Origin: Eledone cirrhosa
Taxonomy: Eukaryota
Reading direction: 5' to 3'
Assembly (NCBI GenBank): GCA_964016885.1
Contig: OZ024746.1
Span: forward strand, 21,762,001 to 21,826,000
Length of the DNA stretch: 64,000 nt
Part shown: positions 35,843 to 50,745 of the stretch, one piece after another
How positions within the stretch are numbered: position 1 is the first letter of the stretch
Layout: each line of letters starts with the position of its first letter
The notes under the pieces: generated by a model
What the model was told of the DNA's origin: nothing
The model's input: the letters and a program-made list of their open reading frames with translations, nothing else
The model's database searches: none
Translations under genes and position numbers: made by a program

Positions 35843-38814
35843 TTAAATACAGCTTCATTTAACTGTTTCATTACCATATTGCTAATGAAGTATACTATGT
35901 ATTCATTTTTGAATAATCTTTTCAATAATCAAGAATTTGAAGAGACCTTGTAATATAATATATGTTCTCATTATTTATCTAGTGTTTGGAACATAACAAA
36001 CATTCTTACATAAACTTATGGAGGAAGGTTATTAGATAAATGTGCTGAAACGGACCTGCCTAACTCATGCAGGCATGGAAAAACAGATGTAAAAACGATG
36101 AAGATGAGGATGATAATAAACACTGTAAAACAAACAGTTTTTTATCATAGATCTAGAGGTAGTTTAAGATGGTTTGGTATGAAAAGAGTTAAATGCATTT
36201 ATCTTTAACCCATTTGTTACCATGTTTATAATGTAAACATTGCCTATTTATTTTGGAATAATTTAGAATTTGGAGTAGTATAAACTTTGTCATTATTCAT
36301 CTGATGTTTGGAGCATAATTTAACAAAGGTTTTTATATAGTATTACGATGTAAGGGCGATGGATTGGCAGAATCAGTGGAGTGTCAAACATGCTGAGTTA
36401 CATTCTGAGTTCAAATCCTGCTGAGGTTAGCTTTGCTTTTCATCCTTATGGGCTCAATAAAATAAAGTACCAGTAGCACACTGGGGTCGATTCGATCAAC
36501 TTTCCCCTCCCCAAAAATTGTTGGCCTTGTGCCAAAATCAGAAACCATTATTAAGTTAGCTGATAGAGTGGGAGATTGACAGTCGGGAGAGTGTCAGAGG
36601 CAGTATTTGTCCCGCCTCTTTACACTCTGTTAAAGAGTTTTCAACAATCAGCTTGCAACTCTTTCTTTTTTTTTTTTTCAATAGCAGCCAAATCTCCTTC
36701 AAATTACACCCTATTGTCTTAAACATGGTATCATGTGGTCCTGGATACATTATCTTTGAATAAACAATGAAGATGTTCATGCATAGATTGTATTGATATG
36801 AGAACATTAAGAGATAGCTGTATTAGTAACTAAATATTAGACAATATCTACTGCTTCTGCCAACAACAACTTTATGAAATAATCTATAATATTATATCTG
36901 CTTGTCCTAACAGGTTCAAGTATTCAGCTTAACTATGAAGGGATATTGAAGACAATCAAAATCTTAAACATAATGAAAGAATGTTATAAAGGTCTATACA
37001 TTTATGTATTAACATAGAAATAAAAGCAATTCTATCATGTGTAATTTCCATGAGTCCCTCAAATAATGGTTTCTGATTTAAGTACAAGGCCAACAATTTT
37101 TCGGGAGGGGAAAGTTGATTAAATTGACCCCACTACATTCTCTTGTGTTGGTGCCATGATAAAATGTACTGGGTACACTCTGTAAAATGATAGTGCTGGT
37201 GCCACACTACGATGGACCAACTAAAGTGGGTGGCATTAGGAAGGGCATCCAGCTGTAAACTTTGCCAAAATATGGAGCATATGAGCAAACCATAATTATC
37301 CAATTCATGACAACTTGTTAGCATGAAAAATGATTGTAAAATGTTGATGACGATGGCTATAAAATCAATCAAATAATGAGAAAGAAATATGAAACCTAAC
37401 TAACATATTGAAGAACTTGTTCACAGGCTGTCTCTAATGAAAATGGTTGTACAGATCAATAAGAAGATATCTGACCTGTTGGCATTCTTGTGCTGGTCAT
37501 TACAATCTAACTCTTTACATGAAGCTGCATTAGCAAGACATTCTTCAATAGATTAATAATAGTTTCTGATTTAGGCACTATAAAAACTTTTGAACAAAAT
37601 TATTGTGAACTCACAAGTGTATTCAACTCTTTCAATACCAACCTGCCTCAGACTACCAATGATTCTTTGATAAAAACTCTTTCATTTTACATTTCATCAT
37701 TTAACATACATTCTCCTGGTTAACCAGTTTTTGATGGGTTGCTACACACCAGGTCAGTATATAATCAGAGCCACTGATATCTCAGATGAGCCATGGGTCA
37801 CATCTCACGTACGTATGTGTCCACACTCTACATAGTGCCCTGTGTAATTTTATTGAGGCACCAGCACTAGGGAAGTCATTATATCTTAATTTTATGTTAG
37901 AACCTTTGTTGAATTATGTTCCAAACACTAATTTAATAAGGAGAAAGTTAGGTGTATTATTCAATCCCTCTAAATTCTTGTTTATTTTCAAAATCATTTG
38001 AAATACATGAGTAGTGTCTTTCATTAGAAATATGGTTATGAAATGGTTAACTGTAATGCCTGACAGAAAACTTGACTTCCCTCTCGTCTTCTGTTTTGAA
38101 TCAATTGAATTCAATTGGACTACTAGCAAGATAGAATCTATTAGTATAGATTGTTTTCAGTATTTCTTTGTTCTGAATGGTTAAATGCTGTATTGAATAT
38201 TGATTAGGGAAAGGGTATTTCCAAGCAAGTCACAACTTCTCTCTTCCTTGCATGGGAGAATATTGCTTATTTTGTTATATTGAACACTCTGTTGGACATT
38301 TCTATTCTGTTTATTGTTAGATGGTAATTTGATCAGAATACTTATATAAATATACATAGATTAAATCTTAACTCTTAACATCTTGTAATGATTTAGTAGA
38401 AAATACCTAAATACTTGGTTTGTTAATTCAAATATTTATAGTACCTTTACTAATGGACAGATTGTTGTGAACATTCACCAATAATGATTTAGTAGAGAAT
38501 ATTTTAAAACGTGGTTTGTTGATTCAAATGTTTAAAATATATTTATTAGTTGACAGATTACTGTGAAAATGTAGGATTTGATTTTAATTTTAGTATCTAA
38601 TTTTTAATGTGATTCAGCCATATTGTTGGTTTGTACTTTTTAGAATGTCTTACTAATACACTACCATATTTCTTTGTCTATAATCCAACTTGAGTATATG
38701 ACCCCTGTTTGGGAAACTTAAAAAATCGGAATAAATTACATTCTTGTGTATTATACCACTCCAGAATACAACCATGTCTATGTAAATTTTTGGTGGGAAA
38801 TTTGACCCTATGTT

Positions 38815-39025
38815 CATCATCATCGTTTTACGTCCATTGTTCCATGCTTGCATGGGTTGGACAAGTCCTTCTCAGTACAGCATCTCTCCACTTGTTGTGT
38901 TCCTTTGTTATCTCCTCCATGAGCTTTAGTGATCAGCGATCAGCATTCACCACTTTCTACCCACATCTTCCTTGGTATACATCTACTGCAGCTTCCTTCC
39001 ACTGGGATTATTTGGCACTTCTTGA
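38815..39025 (-). mobile_element. RTE LINE extreme 3' end
   Basis: Minus strand: KCQIIPVEGSCSR..PRKMW..VV..D...KWRDAVLRRTCPTHASMEQWT* followed by a (GAT)n tail. Confidence 0.65.
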
Positions 39026-39323
39026 CTCAGCAAAATCGCGATCTAACACATATTTCACTACAATATTCATGGAATGAATGAGCAAGATATGGTTCTTCAA
39101 CCAATCTATTCTGGGACTGACTACTCATCCAGTCCTAGTCAATGTGGTTAATAGATGTAATGATGATGATGTAATATTTGGCTGTGAATTATATTTGAAA
39201 TGTGAAATTCTTACATATATTTAACTGATAATTGTTTCTATATTTAACTGATAAATGACATGTAGTATGATATTGAAATGTTTACTTAATGCCATGTAAA
39301 ATAAACTCTACAGGCATATAAGC

Positions 39324-39550
39324 ATGAGTCAGACCTGTCAGTGGTTGCAAAATTCAAGATTAAAGGCTGAAATAGAAGGCTTTATTTTTGCTACCCAGGA
39401 CCAGAGCCTCTTAACTAGCAATTATCAGGCAAATATTCTCATAAACGGAGCAGACCCAAAATGTAGATGTATTATGTATAGCTTGAAACTATTGGCCATA
39501 TAATATCAGGATGCCTCACACTAACACCAACTGAATATAAGATTAGTCAT
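39324..39550 (+). mobile_element. R4/Dong-like LINE fragment with CCHC zinc knuckle (frameshifted)
   Basis: WLQNSRLKAEIEGFIFATQDQSLLTSNYQANILINGADPKCR / ETIGHIISGCLTLTPTEYKISH. Confidence 0.75.
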
Positions 39551-39976
39551 ACTCATAATAGGGTGAGGCAATAAAATTTAGATACAACCTTCTAGGTTCC
39601 GAGTTAAAATCTTACTGAGGCCAACTTTGGTTTTCATCTTTCCAGGGTTAATAAAATGAAGTACCAGTTAAATACTGGGTCGACATAATCGATTTTCCTC
39701 TCCCCTCAAATTGATGGCCTTGTGTCAATGTTATAAGGGATTATTTGTGTCTGTCTTGTACAGAATTGTTACCTGTTGTCAGCTTCTAGGTATGGTTTAG
39801 TGTATATTGCAAAATTGAATATTTGTACTATTATTGTACAGATTATACAACAGATCTAAACAAACATGCAAATAGGTTACTTCTTTTGAATAAAGAAACA
39901 TATGACTAGCTGGGCTGAGGTGTTCAAATATATAGGAGAGAGAGAGAATAATCAAACAGACTCATGCCAACATCAG

Positions 39977-40024
<48 letters not shown>

Positions 40025-40064
40025 GCACACGCACACGCACACGCACACGCACACGCACACGCAG

Positions 40065-40100
<36 letters not shown>

Positions 40101-41902
40101 GAATAAAACAGAATAAACATAAAATAAAGTATTAATAAAAATAAAGAGGTGAAAATAAAGCAGATCAAAATATAGCAGTGTTAAAAAGCAGGCTGATTTA
40201 CCCTCTTATTATATTGACTAATATTGATGGAATATATTTTAAGCCGCCATCACTCCTATAGAAATAACCATAATAGATCTGCTTGATGCCAAAATTACTT
40301 TGGTGTTGTTGTTCACTATTGGCAATCATAATTTCCTGTATTTATTTTATTTAACTTTGTGAGTTTCTGATTCTTCTGTTGGGTTTGTTCTTCACAAATC
40401 CTATGTTTTGCTATCGTTTGCTCTGTTTTGCTATCTTTTTCTATGTTTTGCTGTCGTGTTCTGTTTAATTTTTGTCTGAATTAAACAGTGATCATGATGG
40501 GAATAATCACACAAAGCATCTTGTTGTAAAGCATTGCCTCCATAAGGACCCTGTGATCAATATGAAAAGTGTCATTGAGGCCTACAAGGCTAACCTCTGC
40601 TTTAGCAGGCAAAGATTACCTTACATGATGGGCATGATGATACAGGGCATCCAGTGGTAAAATATTGCCTCCATAAGAACCCTGTGATCATTATGGAATG
40701 TGCCATGCCTCATGAGGCCTTCAAAGTTAACCCTTGCTTTAGCAGGGAAAAATAACCTTAAAACACTTGTTGGTATCATTGCAATGAATGGGTGAAAATG
40801 TTAAACATGGCATGGACCGCAGGATTGGTGGAGTGCTCAGCAAAATACCTTGTCATATTTGATGATACACTGACTTTACATTTCAAATTCTACCCAGAGA
40901 CAGTTAACTTTTAACCCTTTTTTTTTTACCATATTTCTAATAAAAGCCTGTCTATGATTTTCAAGTAAATTTTCGAAAATAATCAAGAATTTGGATGGAT
41001 TTAAGAATCTAAGTAACTTTCTCATTAATAAGTAGGTGTTTAGAACAAAACTTAACAAAGGCTCTTGCAGAACATTATGATGAAAGGTTTTTAGCTAAAT
41101 CTAAACATTGGTGAATTATCAGAGTTATTAGAATGCTGGATAGAATACTTTGCAGTATTTGTTCCAGGTCTCTATTCTCTGGGTTAAATCCTGCCGAGGT
41201 CACCATGTCTAGTACTGGGGTTGATTCTTCCTCTATATCTTGTTCTCACTTCCTTTCTCTCATTCACTCTATCCTTCTTTGGAAGAATTTGGTGTGTTCA
41301 AACCTGGAGAGGGGATGGGCTCTGCCTGGCTTAAAAATGCCCTAGAAATGGTGTATGTCAATATGGCACCCCCTACAACTTCATCAAGAGTTACAGGTCC
41401 AAAAGGAAAGGAAACACTTTAAAGCAAGCAGTTTTGTATTATAGAACTAGGGTCAGTTTAAGGAAGTCTGTTATCAAGAGTTAAAACCCAACATAATTTT
41501 CTTTATATATCATCATCATCATCATCATCATCTTCGTTTAACATCCATTTTCCACACTAGCATGGGTATACCTTTTGTTAGGTTATGTTCAAACATCAAT
41601 AAGTGAAAAAAAAAGTTAGTTATTTCATTAAATTCTTCCAATGTGTTCATTATTTTCAAATCATCTATAAAGTAGATAGTGGGTGAATGTAAACTATTTT
41701 CATGGCACCAGCATGACCACTTTACAAGGGGAACTGGGTACCTTTTGTCATGTCACCATATTGACCATCTTATAGGGTAGACTGGGCACTTATTGTTGTT
41801 GCCAGTATGACCACCTAACAGGATAGACTAGGTGCTTTTTGACATGTTACCAGCGTGACCACCTTACAGGGTGAGGTGGGTACTTTTTGTTGTGTCATCA
41901 GC

Positions 41903-41933
<31 letters not shown>

Positions 41934-42018
41934 TGGTGTTGATGATTGTGATGATGATCATTTTCTGAAGACTTCTCTATTTCATTTCTCTCTAATTCAA
42001 TGTCTCTATTTTTTATAG

Positions 42019-42138
42019 GTGAACAAAATATTGAAACTATGTCCATCTGAAAGTAGCCATGGAACCCTTAAATTGGACAGCCGGTCCCAGGATGTTATTC
42101 TAGCTTTGGGTATATATTTACTGGAGTCTGGACTTCAG
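42019..42138 (+). CDS. PI4KA: PI4KA coding exon 2
   Basis: tttatAG and GTAAGA, 120 nt. Encodes VNKILKLCPSESSHGTLKLDSRSQDVILALGIYLLESGLQ. Confidence 0.92.
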
Positions 42139-42854
42139 GTAAGAACATCTTGATAATCTTCATTCAGATACCAATATACAAGCTGTGTGGTTCACTTTAC
42201 ATCTATGTGGTTTTGGCCTACAGCGGGATTGAACCTGGGACTTAATGATTGTAAAGTGAACTTCTTAACCATTTGTCCATGCTACTTCCTCTCTATTATG
42301 GTATTTCCAAAGAGTTTGTTCCACTCTGTCAAAACTAATTTTTTCTCAACTTCTGAAAAAAGAATTTTTTAAGCAGTCTTCTCATTAGGACACAAATTTA
42401 ACTTTTTAAATGTGTTTTTACATACAAAATAAGATAAATGATATATATAAAGAGTTCATTGATTGAAAACTTATGTGTTCAGTTGTATATATTTACAAAC
42501 AAGAAGATACGAAAAAGAAAAAATGTGTGGTAGGAGAGAAAGAGAGAAAATAAATTAAAAAAGAAGAGAAGAGAAATGGAAAGGGCAGACTCTATGCTCC
42601 TGGCAAGGTGGTATATCTCAGCTGCTCCTCATGGACAAGATGGATAACAGCCAGTGATACCCAATACATCAGCCATTCTACCTCATGGGCTTACTATATC
42701 AGGCAAGATGACTACTTCCCAATTTTGTGGAGAAAAGCAGCTGTCTAAGGACTGAGGACACTGGCAATCTCTGTGACATCTGCTACAAAAAGGAAACAGT
42801 CAGTCAAAGCCCAGTATTTCAGATTAATTAAGGGTTACTCTAATCACTATTGTT

Positions 42855-43165
42855 AGGTAGGGCTTCTGCCTGCTACTGGTATCATATAATCCAGTACAAC
42901 CTGCTTTATGGTCAAGTGTTTAATAACTAAACTGGCTCCCAGGGTCTGGTGATGAGGGTAAGTGGAACCCCACTAAAAATTAGCTGTTAAAAGGGCAGTT
43001 GAACACCTCAATCAACAGTCATCCACCCCAACTATGGGTTAAATAGCCTCACCAATCCACAATTGACCAGCTACACCCGTAAAGACATGACCAAAACCAA
43101 ACAGAAAGTGGTGGATGCAAGGGTTGCTCCAACAGGAGTGAAAAGGGACTGGAATGGATTGGGCT
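42855..43165 (+). mobile_element. Dispersed ~310-340 bp non-coding repeat (second copy 61375-61722), probably a non-autonomous retroelement
   Basis: Collinear copies ending CCAACAGGAGTGAAAAG..CTGGA(A/T)TGGATTGG. Confidence 0.6.
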
Positions 43166-43274
43166 ATAATAATAAAAGCAGTGCCCATGTCAATATAATG
43201 AAAATTCCTTTAAAGTTCCACATACCATATATGTATTTCATGGAGCTATTTTTGTCTTTCTTTCTTACTGACAG

Positions 43275-43368
43275 TATAAAGAAAAAATCTTACCCTACTT
43301 GCTGAATATTTTAAGAGACCTCCCCAAAGTTCAATGGATTGATGGACCCAAGGGGACCCAGAAACACA
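43275..43368 (+). CDS. PI4KA: PI4KA coding exon 3
   Basis: gacAG and GTAAGT, 94 nt, phase 0 to 1. Encodes YKEKILPYLLNILRDLPKVQWIDGPKGTQKH(K). Confidence 0.92.
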
Positions 43369-44074
43369 GTAAGTCACTTAAATATTGTATTGAAAATGAT
43401 GGAATTTATCTCTGAAAAGCAGTACTTTATAACAGGTGTGAACTTTAGTCTCTTTAAAACCTTATAACCTGTGTAAATTGTATCATATTTAAAATCTTGT
43501 AACTGGTGAGATTTTTTTTTTCCTTGTCTATTTTTCTCTGGCTAAATCAAAATTATTTTCTATCAATAAATTTTGTATTAATTTCATCTTCAACACATAC
43601 CTATACACATGCATGTATACATGCATGTTCTCGAACACACTTCTTAATGTATATATAATTTCTCCATGTTTAAGTTATCACTAAATGTTATCATCATCAT
43701 TATTTCCATAATTTATCATTAATTTTGATGTTTCTGTTTAGTTGAAACTTTTTACTATTCCTATTTATTTATTCATTGACAGCTTAATTCTCTCATAACC
43801 ATATTTCTAGCGAAAAGACATTGCCTACGATTTTCAAATATTTTCGAAAATAATCAAAATATTTTGGAGGGCTTTTCATTATTAAACTGGTATTTGGAAC
43901 ATATCTGAATGCAGGTTCTTACAGTAGTAGAGAGACCAACAGAAACATTAGTTTCCTTGGTTCAATCTATCAATCAGCCCATTAGCTTTGTCTAATTTCT
44001 ATATATCTGTATTTATTGTCATATAATTGGATTAATATAATTATGTTTATAGTCAATAAATGAAGGTTAATTCT

Positions 44075-44290
44075 CTTACAAGAAGATAGCCTAAGCTCTA
44101 GTGCTATTACAGAAAGATAACCTGAGCTGTGATGTTATTACATAAAGATAGCCTAAGCTATGATGTTATGACATAAAGATAACTTGAGCTGTGGTGTTAT
44201 TACATAAAAATAATCTGAGCCATGGTGTTATTACATAAAGATAGCCTGAACTATGATGTCTCTACATGATGACCTAAGCTATGATGTCCC
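44075..44290. repeat. ~31-bp diverged minisatellite
   Basis: AAAGATARCCTRAGCTRTGRTGTTATTACAT recurs ~7 times. Confidence 0.8.
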
Positions 44291-46544
44291 TAGGGATCTC
44301 AAGGTATACAAAGAAAACTATATAGGTTAATATTTTAATTTTCATGGATTATTGTGGTGCAGCTTGTGATTTTTGCTTGCATCATCCAACTTTTATTTCT
44401 AGAACTGAACATCACATCATGGTATTTTATTATTGTATAAGGGATTGTTTTCAAATTGACTTCTATAATCTTCTTTTACTTCTACAACCTTGTAATGTTT
44501 TCATATTAAACATAGGATATATTGGTGAATTGGCAGAATCATTAGAATGTTAGACAAAATGTTCTGAGGCATTTATTTACAGTTTTTTACAGTTCTTTAT
44601 ATTTTGAGTTCAAATCTAACAGAGGTAAACTTTGCCTTTATTCCTTCTGGGGGATTGATAAAGTACAAAATAACTACTGGGATCAATCTAATTGACTTTC
44701 TCCTGCCCACCCAATGCCAAATTACTGGCTTTGTGCCTAAATTAGAAACCATATTAGCCTTTGGATTTCACAGAGTTCAACATGATATTATGGTGACTGA
44801 ATTTATTGAGTTTTTGACTTTAATAAATAAAAACTGAGTTTTATCTCTGTGTTGCTGTTACTGTTTTAATTAGTATTAATTTGTAGTAATTAAGCATGAT
44901 GTTATCAGGATTATTATAGTATTATTAGAATCATAAAAATTAATGTTCCTGTCAATATAAACCAAATCCCTTTAGTATACAATATATTTATTTTCTGTTG
45001 TACTATTCTAAGTATTAATACTCTACAATATCATTTCCTTATGAAGAGTGTATTTGTTTAACTGTAATATTCACACAAGAATAACTATATATGTTACTCC
45101 AATGATCCCATGTACATTCAAATCTAAAATTTGAATGTGTGTCGGCTTAAAGTAAGTTGCTTTAACGTAAGTTTTTTTACTATGAAAAATAGTCGACCAA
45201 GCCCCTAGAGATGAAATGAAGTGGACAAAATAGCCTTCATGTCTTCCACTTTTTTTCCACATCTAGGCTTATATGCCCAACTTGTTTCATAGTCAAAATT
45301 CCTGTTTTGAAGCAGCTTACCTTAAGCTAACATACATTCAAAGTTCTTAATTTGTTCAACAGTTCATAAATACGATTTATTTCAATTTTTTTTTTCTGTA
45401 AAACTTTTCAGGACAGATAAAATTTGAAAGTGGTGTTAAAAAAACAGGTGGGTTAATCTCCTTGCTGCTGGCTGTTCTGTCTGAGTCCCCTCTTAACTGC
45501 AACCCTTCTGTTTGAGTCCCCTCTTTACTACAACCCCATCTAATTGTCACTGATTTCCCTCTTATAGTTCATTGACATGGTAGCAGTAAGATGACCTCAC
45601 TATTAGTTTGCTGTGTATCTTAATGTTCAAAGTTATTATTAGTGATAACATTATTAGTTAGTTGTGTAGATATATAAAAAAAAACTTGTAACTTACTCTT
45701 TACTAACTATCCTCTCTTTCTTTTTAGAAAAAAAATGTCACCTCTTTAGCAACTATTACTGAGTCTATAATTAAGTGATATTAAATTAGTGGTTTCTATG
45801 GCCTTAGTATTGCTATTTTGTGTTATCTGCTATGTACTCTTTCTTTAAATCCCTCTATTTAGTTTGCTTGATTTGATTTCTATGTTGTATAATTTGTGTT
45901 GTAATTACTCAAATTTCCAGATTAATCTCTATTAGCAATCAATAATATGTTTTCAGTTGACATCTTTCAAATCAATTTGCATGTTTGATTTACACATAGA
46001 TAAAAAATTAATTACACTATTCAGTTAAAATTTACACATTGTTTATGAGATTAGTTCTATAAATTATTTCCTGAATGCTTAACACCCTGTAATGATTTAG
46101 CAGAAAATATCTAAAGATGCGTTTGTTAATTCAAATGTTTATAGTAACTTTACTAGTGTACAGATTGTTGTGAATATTTGTAGTATTAGTTTTTAACATT
46201 CTGTAATGATGTAGCAGAACATATCTAAAAATGGGTTTGTTAATTCAAATAGTTATAATATAGATGACAGATCAATGTGAAAATTTGCAGGTTTAGAGTA
46301 AAGACTGATTTTTAATGTGAAACAATCAGTGTTGTTTTTATAATTGTCAAGGATATCTTGTTAATGTGATTTCATGTGGTACAGGGCATTAAGACTCAAA
46401 TAACATTGGCTGTGTTTCTTATTAGACAGCAATTTTTGTTGGTAAAAATTTCTAGTGAAAGTCTAGCTTTAGAGCCAAGTATTTTCTTATACAATAAGAG
46501 CAAGGTTTCCAAAAGAAAAAGAAAGGATTGTATTAGTTATTGTT

Positions 46545-46910
46545 CCATCTCAAGTCAGTCCTGATCCAGCAAATATGATCAAAAGCATTTCAATAGCCAA
46601 TATGTCTTTTTTCTATATCTAGGAATACATTAGATAATAATTCTGTGAATTATTGTTTAATCACAAGTCAGCCATGATCTAACAAACCTATGATCAAAAG
46701 CATTCCAGCCATGACCATACCGTCTTTTTTCTATACCTAGGATTATATTAGCTAATGATTCTATGAATTATTGTTTAATCTTAAGTTAGCCCTGATCCAG
46801 CTAATATATGATCAAAAGCATTCCAGCTATGACCATCCTGTCCTTTTTCTATATCTAGGACTACATTAGCCAATGATTTTATCTCAGCAGATCTGCGATC
46901 AAACGCATTC
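46545..46910. repeat. ~118-bp tandem repeat, ~3 copies
   Basis: TATGATCAAAAGCATT...TCTATATCTAGG recurs three times. Confidence 0.8.
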
Positions 46911-48939
46911 GTGTCTTCTGTTTCTTTTTTAAAGATGGTAGGGTAGAATTGAGTGAAATTTGGTTGCTAGTTCTAACCTAGATGGTTTGTTGCTAACCAA
47001 ATTGTGTTGAATAATAAATAATGTCCAGCTTTTAAATCACTGTGTGTGCGTGGTAGGCTGCATGTTGTGTCTGTCAACAATGCACTTAACTCTACATTTT
47101 TCAGGCTTCAGCCTATTATGTTCAATTATTGATAGGTGTCTTCATACATCAGTAAATTATTGAGAGGCGTCTTCATACATCAGTAAATCATATGTAGATG
47201 ATCACTAATTCTGTTTAAAGTTTCATTTACATTACTAATATCTTTCAGAAAGGCATGAATGTTACAGCTTCTCATTTCCCCTCCCCAAAGAGTCTCAAAT
47301 TTTCTATCTGTGTTAAAAAAAACCCCACTAATTATTATTATTATTGTTGTTGTTATTATTATTTACATCCCTTTACGTTCTGAGTCCAAATCCCACTGAG
47401 GTTAGCTTTGCCTTCCATCCTTACGGGGTTGATAAAATAAAGTACCAGCAGCACACTGGGGTTGATTTAATCAATTTTCCACTTCCCTTCAAAATTGCAA
47501 AATTGTTGGCTTTGTGTCTAAATCAGAAACCATTATTAAGCTGGTATGTGGATCATAATTTAATAAAGGTTCTTACATAAGAGTATGATGGAAGGTTTGT
47601 AGATAAATATAAACATTTTAAAACAAACATTTTGTATCAAAGTAAATTCCCACAAAATTTGTGGCCATGTACCTATCTTTAAAAACATTATCTTCTTTAA
47701 GTGTATAAGTTTTGAGTTAGTCACCTCTTTATAACATATTAGGATATAAATTTTACCTGGATAAACACAGGTCTATAGTTGTCTTTCACTTAATTGATTT
47801 AATAAGAAATTACTATTTTTTAATATTATTTTTTGGAATTTAAAAAGGGAATAAATACAGTTATAAAATAATTGTTAAATATTTTATGAGAATTTCTAAA
47901 TTCCTTGATTATATCTAAACCTTGTTGATGGGGAGAAAGCAATGTTTAAGAATTTAAGTTGATTTTCAACAAAAATGGTGTTCTCTCTCTTTAAGTTTCC
48001 CTGCAAGCTTGAAAAATGTATTTCAGAATGATGATATTTGCTTTATTTGAATAAAATAGTAAAAGTAATTTTGTTATAAACCAGTTTCAATATTTGCTGA
48101 TCAAGTTTGAAAATCCTGTGAGAGTTTGAAAATCCTTTCAAACCACATTTTGCATGGTATTTGACAATGTTTACCTGTTGAAATTTATTAATTAATGAGC
48201 ATTGATTTAGATATAAATTATAAATATTATTTATCATTATTTGAAACCATCATCATCATCATCAGTGTCATCATCATTATCACCACTACCACCACCACCG
48301 TTATCATCATCATCATTGTTATTATTTTAAAGAATAAAGAAAACATTTTTGTTTCTGTTGTTATATTTACTTCTATGACTTTCCAGGCCTTAATAAAACT
48401 GAGAACCAAGTGAAATTAACAGGTCAGTTGGTGTGTGTGTGTGCGTGTGTGTGTGCATTTGTGTGTATGTGTGCGTGTGTGTCTATGGATTGTTCTCCAA
48501 CACAATTCCTGGCTTCCACATGCCCTTCTGCTCACAGTCTCTTCTAATCAGCTTATGTCTGCTGCCTTGTTCCTTGTCATGATTCCTTAATGCCAAGTAT
48601 CCAAGTATATCTTATCCAAATCCTAAACTGATTTCCCCAAACACCACAACTGCCAGAATCCTTATAACAGTCTTATTAATTAGTTTGTCTTAACCTTGCC
48701 TTCTCTTGTATTATTATTGATATTACCATGTCAGTAGTTGTTGCTATTGTTGTTTCCCATGTGTATGTATCTAAGACAGACATTTTATTACAACAATATA
48801 ATGTTGAGAGAAATTCTTTTTCATATATTCTCAGAAATGAAGCCGTGATTTTCATTTTGTTCCTCCTAATAGAAATAAACAAACAGAATACAGCTTTATT
48901 TGTTGAAGCTGTATTTATTGTACTTCTAGTATCTTTTAA

Positions 48940-49125
48940 TATATTGACAGAATTGTATTTAGGTGTCATTTAATGTATTGACAGAATTGTATTTAGGTGT
49001 CATTTAATGTATTGACAGAATTGTATTTAGGTGTCTTTTATGATATTGACAGAATTATATTTTAAATGTCATTTAATCTTTTGACAGAATTGTATTTAGG
49101 TGTAATTTAATATATTGACTGAATT
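48940..49125. repeat. 34-bp minisatellite, ~5.5 copies
   Basis: ATTGACAGAATTGTATTTAGGTGTCATTTAATGT. Confidence 0.9.
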
Positions 49126-50702
49126 GACTAGGATCAATCTAATCGATTTTTCCCCTCTCCCAAAATTGTTGGCTTTGTGCCTGAATCAGAAACCATTATG
49201 AATATCATCAAGGGCAGTAGATTGGTACAATCATTAAAGCATCAGATGAAATTCTTTGAAGTATTTAGTTATGAACCTTTACAGTTTGAATTCAAATCCT
49301 GACAAGGTCAACTTTGCTTTTCAACCTTTCAGGACTGATAAAATAAAATACCAGTCAAGTACTGTGGTTAGTTTAATCGAATTTCTCTTCCTCCTAAAAT
49401 ACTGGCCTTGTGCCTCTGTTATAAACAATTATATTATCGTTAGTAAAGCATAGCAAGTAGTGAGAACAGAATTGTTAGGTAAATGTATCAGGTAACACAT
49501 CAGTTAGCATAGGAAGATAACATTGTTTGGTGAATAAATAATCAAGAAATATATGTTTGGTTGTTTGAAAGGTGAGGAGTAAGCATATTTTGTTCTGGAA
49601 CCAAAGATGGTAAAGGTTTCTTTGGAGATGGGGAAAAATGAAGAAATATTTGATAGTTTGAAATAGTTTCAGAGATGAGTCTTCCATTTGTTTGATAAAT
49701 GGAACAGCCTGCTCATGGTAAATTAACATGCAAGTGACTGAGCATTCCACTGACATGTGTACCCTTGGTGTAATTCTTTGGTAGATTCAGCATTACACAA
49801 TGTGTGACATGGTTGGCTCTATAAATTACAGGTATTGTTCAACGAATCAGGCTTCCAAACAGTTTCTGTCCACCCAATTGGGCTCACAAGGTTTCAGTTG
49901 AATCATGGCTATGGTAAAGAACACTTACCCAAGATGCCACATGGTGGGTTTGAACCTAGGACCTTCTGATTTTGAAGTGGACCTCTTAACCATTCAGCCT
50001 TACTGTATGCACATTATTAGTTTAAATGATTTATGCTTATGGTCTCTTATATCTCTAGATAGTGTTGTCTCTTGATGAAATAATAGTTTTTAATCTCCAT
50101 CCTCTTCACTACTCTGATCATCTCCATTGTCACACCCATGCCTACTCCCACCCTCTTGAGACACCTACAACTATTCTTCTAGTTGTTTTGTTATCTATAT
50201 CTCAAGTTATTTCTCTTGATGAAATAGTTTTTAATTTCCATTCTCTCCACCACTCTGATCATCTCCACTGCCCTACCCTAACCTTCTTGAGACAACCTAC
50301 TTTTCTAGCTGTTTTTTTATCTATATTTCATGTTAGTTATTGCTAGAGCTACTTAATTCTCCATCATTCAGTAATAACACCCTTTATAATAACTTCCCTA
50401 CTGCACTTACAAACTATCTTACATTCCTGCAACGTTTACAAATTCCAAATGAATAACATATGTGACTACCAAATGTGTATGGGTTCCTATCTGCATGAAA
50501 AACATATTAACCACAGCTTCTGTTTTATATTTTGAAATTTTTAACATAAAATAACAAAACCCCAAATCATTCTATTAATGAAATAACCTTTTGATGAATA
50601 TATTTCAAGTAGTGTATTTAGTAGAGCTGTTGTTGATATTGTTAGTCCTAATTGGACTAACAATAGTAATTAAATTAAATGCATTCCAGCCATGACCATC
50701 TC

Positions 50703-50745
<43 letters not shown>

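Noticed and set aside
42590-42670. HDV-like ribozyme around CTGCTCCTCATGGACAAG
   Set aside because: Could not build consistent P1, P2 and P3 pairings by eye.
45321-45447. Possible extra exons (minus-strand AG..GTAAG unit; plus-strand 45411-45447)
   Set aside because: The minus candidate has a stop in its longest frame and no recognisable product; PI4KA exons 3 and 4 already join without a gap.
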